This document shows, piece by piece, positions 59,121-64,000 of a stretch of 64,000 nucleotides of DNA. Numbering within the stretch: the first letter of the stretch is position 1; each line of letters begins with the position of its first letter. Below the pieces are notes generated by a model. It ran no database searches. It was not told the origin of the DNA and worked only from the letters and a program-made list of their open reading frames with translations. A program made the translations under genes and the position numbers. This DNA is from Eledone cirrhosa (lineage: Eukaryota): NCBI GenBank assembly GCA_964016885.1, contig OZ024743.1, forward strand, positions 322,090,001 through 322,154,000, in the 5' to 3' direction.

Positions 59121-59494
59121 TGCGTTTACTCACAACTGTCAGTTACACGATCTCTTCTAAAGGGTGTCTCGTGTCACCGCAGGCAGGGACCAGGCTTGCA
59201 TGTGTTGTTATGGACAAACTTTTCCGTTTGAGGTTAAGTGATCACCCGCTGAAAACGTACTGCAGCGTCCGTTGTGTAATGTCTGTACGTATTACATAAC
59301 TATTGTGAATAACAGTTGCAATTGTAACTTAAAATCAGACTGTAGTACACAAACTATCGATAGTTGGGTTTATATGATATACAGTTATCATTAACCTCGC
59401 GTTGCCGGTTTCCTTACTAGTGACGTGTAGCGTGCACTGCGACTTATTTTCTTACGTACAAATCTTATAATCTCTTTGAATGAATAAGTGACTG

Positions 59495-59595
<101 letters not shown>

Positions 59596-59658
59596 TACGT
59601 GTATGAGTGTATGTGTGTGTAAATAGCTAGATAGATACCCACACCAGCAGAACAGCAG

Positions 59659-59694
<36 letters not shown>

Positions 59695-59696
<2 letters not shown>

Positions 59697-60333
59697 CCAA
59701 TGATGGTTGGCAAAATCACTGATGAGGGACTAATTTTATAATATGTAATCCATGTGCAACCATGCAGTATTCTTCTTCCCCTTGTTTTTCATATACATTT
59801 ACCTAAACTGCGATTCGATTATCTGTTTCTCTCTTTCTCTCTTACTGCTCCCCCGTTCTCTCTGTTTCTCTTACCTTCTTTCACCCTCTCTGTCAGTTAC
59901 ACTTTTTCTCTCGACTGACCTCTTCCTCGCACTTCCACTCACTCACTCTCTGTTTCTCCCCTTCTCACTTCCTCCCGTTCGCTAGTAGTGGGGTTCCTTC
60001 TTTCTCACACCGCACTCACGGCGTACGGTCTGCTTCTCTGACCGCTCATGAAATTCACCCAGTTTATGCTGATCGGATAACTACCATGTGGCTTGCTGAT
60101 AACTACCATGTGGCTTGCTGTTTTCCAACCTTCGGTTTACTTTTCCTTCTGTTGTTTACTTGTCTCACTCGCTTTACGCGTTTCACTTGTCCCAATAGCT
60201 TATTTTAGTTATTGCTCGCACCAACCTCAGGTATCTGATTTTTAATGCGATGGTTGGCAAATTCACTGATGAGGGACTAATTTTATAATATGTAATCCAT
60301 GTGCAACCATGCAGTATTCTTCTTCCCCTTGTT

Positions 60334-60341
<8 letters not shown>
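59695..60341 (+). mobile_element. Non-autonomous element with ~93-bp direct terminal repeats (547-nt monomer) in (TA)n
   Basis: 59702-59794 repeats at 60249-60341, each copy containing CACTGATGAGGGAC. Related partial copies at 31100-31274 and 44505-44677. Confidence 0.78.
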
Positions 60342-60371
<30 letters not shown>

Positions 60372-60430
60372 TTCTTATATATTTGATATATATTTATCCT
60401 TATCGAGTCCTCTTTGGATTTTTAGTCTTC

Positions 60431-60485
<55 letters not shown>

Positions 60486-60752
60486 CTCTTTTACTCTTTT
60501 ACCTGTTCCAGCCATCCGGCTGAGGCCATGCTGGGGCACCGCCCTTGAGATATATATATATATATAATAAACAAACTTTCATCCCAAACACACAGTACAT
60601 CCATCAAAAGTGAAACAATTATTTTTTTTTATTATATATGTATGAGAGCATGTATATGTGTTCACGCCCATGCATGTAAGATTATAGGTATGTATATATG
60701 TATGTATGTATGTATGTGTGTATGTATGTATGTGTGTATGTATGTATATTAT

Positions 60753-61312
60753 GTCAGGTCACCAGTTGGTGCTACTGGTAACATGTATCCCAGTACAACC
60801 TGACCCATGGTCGGGTCGTTGGCGACTAAACTGGCAACCCCACCAAGGTTTCTTGGTGAGGAGGGTGACTTTGGACATCCTGCAGGACTAAAAACAAGAC
60901 CTGTCAAAGGGCAAAGGAGCTCTTAAGAGTCAATGGCCATCCAAAATCACCGGGAGAGATGACCCTTTAGCCTTTGTCAAGGCAGAATTCTAGGGGAAGG
61001 AAAACTCTGATGGTATCCAATGATGTTGACTTGTTCTTCTTTTTGGTAAATATCATCTTGGTTAAGAGAGTGGGACTGGCTTTGTGCAGTGCCTTTGCTC
61101 ACTATAAAAGCTTCACGACACAGGCATTGCTTTATATCTGGAGATCTCTCTGCACTTGTCGGTGTCAATATTTGTCACAAGTGTAGTGTTTGTACCAGAG
61201 TTTTCAAGTCGCTGGCTGGACTAAAAAGTCACACTCGTTCAGCGCATCGGTAGGGGTTCTCTTATATGGATATAAAGTAGTGGCCGTACTCGAAAACGAG
61301 TTGGCAGCCACC
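60753..61312 (+). mobile_element. RTE-related short retroposon in (TATG)n
   Basis: Copy of 1700-2307 lacking two short internal segments. Confidence 0.75.
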
Positions 61313-61374
61313 ATGTATGTATATATGTATGTATGTATGCACCCGCATACACACATACATACATAAATACACAC

Positions 61375-61434
<60 letters not shown>

Positions 61435-61512
61435 AGAGATTGATAGAAATATATATAGATATATTATGTATGTGTGTGTATGTGTAATTAATTGTGGGAA
61501 TTAGAGGTTTAA

Positions 61513-61630
61513 CTAGCCCACTGTGACTGTTTGTTTCATTCGGAGCTGAGAATCATCAGACTTGTCTAGTTTGATGAACCAATCCTCTCGAGGTATTTCA
61601 GAGTAACGGATGATTAATTTAGACGAAATT
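61513..61630 (-). CDS. Putative terminal coding exon of an unidentified host gene
   Basis: TACAG| acceptor. Encodes (R)ISSKLIIRYSEIPREDWFIKLDKSDDSQLRMKQTVTVG*. Phase matches the upstream exon. Confidence 0.62.
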
Positions 61631-62118
61631 CTGTATACATATGTATAGATATGTATAGATATTAATATGACAAGAAAAACAGCAGCAACAACAAGGACAA
61701 CAGCAGCAGCAATGACGGCAACAACAATACCAACAGCAACAACAGCGACAACAATCACAACCACAACAACAGCAATAACTACAGCAACAACGACAACAAT
61801 CACAACAGCAACAACAGCGACAACAATCACAACCACAACAACAGCAATAACTACAGCAACAACAACGACAACAATCACAACAGCAACAACAATCACAACA
61901 ACAGCAACAACTACTACAACTACAACAACAACAATAACAACTACTACAACAACAACAACAACAGCAATAACGACACCAACAGCAACACAACAACAAAAAC
62001 AACTGCATTTACAACAAAAGTAATCAGGATGTTAGTTTGGGGACCCAACGAAATGAAAGCAAATCATTAGTGTGTAAAATATTGAATTCGACCAATATAT
62101 TACTGGTATCATAATTAC

Positions 62119-62258
62119 CTTGAATAACCTATGTTTACAAGGATGATTGTATTTATAGACCCATAACTCCTGGTGGAGTCGAAGGGATGCCGTTTCTTGG
62201 GCATTTTATACCAGGCGGAGCTCATCTCCTCTCCAAGTCTGAACACAGCAAACTTCTT
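62119..62258 (-). CDS. Putative penultimate coding exon of the same gene
   Basis: Polypyrimidine tract CTTTCTCTCCTTTAG|, open frame KKFAVFRLGEEMSSAWYKMPKKRHPFDSTRSYGSINTIILVNIGYS(R), donor AG|GTAATT, 140 nt (phase 0 to 2). Confidence 0.7.
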
Positions 62259-62619
62259 CTAAAGGAGAGAAAGTGAGAGAGAGAGGAAGTAAGAAAGGAA
62301 TATAGCGGAAGAATCGACCCTAGTACTAGACTGGTACTTTTATATCGACATCGAAAGGATAAAAGGCCAAGTCGATCTCGACAAGATTTATCTCAGTGAG
62401 CAGAGAGGCCGGTGTCATAAATAGCAACTAAATTAGGCAGAAAACACACATTCCCATCTTAGAAAAGAAATGACAATGAATAATGCAATGCTGAATACCA
62501 CCTGCCCCCACGACTACCAAACCTTTTTACCATTGGCTTTGATTGATGAGGGCTGACCTGGGGTTAAACAACAAAATGCCACAACACCAACACCAACACC
62601 AAATGGAATTAGTATTTTT

Positions 62620-63320
62620 AATTTAAGCACAAGGCCAACAGTTAATGGGGAGGGAAGACGATTATACTGACCCGGTACTTTACTGGTACTTTATTTAATC
62701 GACCACGAAAGGATTAAAGGCAAAGTTGACCTCGGCGGCGGCGTTTGAACTCAGAACTTGAAGATCCGAAACTAATACTGCAAAGCATTCGTCCGACGCT
62801 CTACTGATTATGCCAATCCACGGCATTTACACAAGTTGATATAATGGTTTCGAACTACAGGTACAAGGCCAACAATCTTAAGGGAGGGGAAAGTCGATTA
62901 TATCGACCCAGTACATTACTGGTGCTTTATTTTATCGACCCGTAAGGATGAAAGGCAAAGTTAACTTTGGCAAGATTTTAACTCAGACCGAAAAGAGCCG
63001 CAACTCTATGCTGCAAAGCATGGTGTCCGACACTCTACCGATACTGCCAATCCACCGTCTTTACACCAATTGATATAATGATTTCTGCTATAGGCACAAG
63101 GCCAGTAATTTGGGGGAAGGGGAAAGTCGATTATATCGACCCCAGTGCGTGACTGGTACTTTATTTTATCGACCTCGTAAGGATGAAAGGCAAAGCTAAC
63201 CTCGGCGGGATTTGAACTCAGATCATAAAGGGGCGTAACTCTATGCTGCAAAGCATGGTGTCCGACACTCTACCGATACAGCCAATCTACTGTCTTTACA
63301 CCAATTGATATAATGATTAT
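62620..63320 (-). mobile_element. Tandem array of three tRNA-derived SINEs (~235-bp period)
   Basis: Units joined by the repeated junction TTTACAC.A.TTGATATAATG. Confidence 0.85.
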
Positions 63321-63636
63321 ATTTGGTGATGAAACAATTTTTTTAACATTCATACCAAAAACAGTCGAAACATTATAAAACTATAACTTTATGCTAGATA
63401 TGGAAATATCGTGCTAGCCTAATGTACAAATTAAGATATACAAAAAAAAAAATGATAAAATATTTTGTTTATGTGTGAAAACTTGACTGTACTTGCTATA
63501 GTTGTATTTCCATATACGTGTAGTTACTTGCTACTGTCTTAGAACAAATAAATCAACCAACAGGTGTTAACGATCTGCTTAATAATCAGAATATGACAGG
63601 CCCGTGTATTTCCTGACGATTAATGGCTGTACGTAA

Positions 63637-63673
<37 letters not shown>

Positions 63674-63675
63674 AA

Positions 63676-63940
<265 letters not shown>

Positions 63941-64000
63941 TGTGTGTGTATATATATGTGTGTGTGTATGTATGTGTGTGTGTGTGTGTGTATGTGTGAA

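Noticed and set aside
59128-59460. Possible minus-strand non-coding exon with GTGAGT donor and CpG-rich upstream region
   Set aside because: No coding frame or partner exon; the motifs could occur by chance.
61619-62023. Cys-rich or Thr-rich (mucin-like) ORFs
   Set aside because: (ACA/GCA)n repeat lying inside the predicted intron 61631-62118.

Overview
AT-rich, microsatellite-saturated eukaryotic DNA, almost all intronic or intergenic. The SINE families and repeat load suggest an octopus (coleoid cephalopod) genome; this is inference. Nearly all ORFs in the track, including the 3299-aa one, are microsatellite artefacts. Real coding content is: (i) a near-complete Penelope-like retroelement (PLE; RT plus GIY-YIG, ORF 3134-5659) with an inverted pseudo-LTR, (ii) two 5'-truncated Neptune-type PLE fragments, (iii) small RTE and RLE-type LINE remnants, and (iv) two phase-compatible terminal exons of an unidentified minus-strand host gene (61513-62258). 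The main hidden signal is a set of several distinct short non-coding elements. They sit inside (TA)n tracts, carry type I hammerhead ribozyme motifs (two families show stem II covariation between copies), and repeatedly show 5' inverted duplications, some centred on ribozyme or tRNA hairpins. Together they look like a PLE-driven, retrozyme-like, microsatellite-targeting system. Also present: an 11 kb complex satellite with nested higher-order duplications, a solo LTR, a (TATG)n-targeted RTE-like short element, a long fold-back element and many tRNA-derived SINEs.
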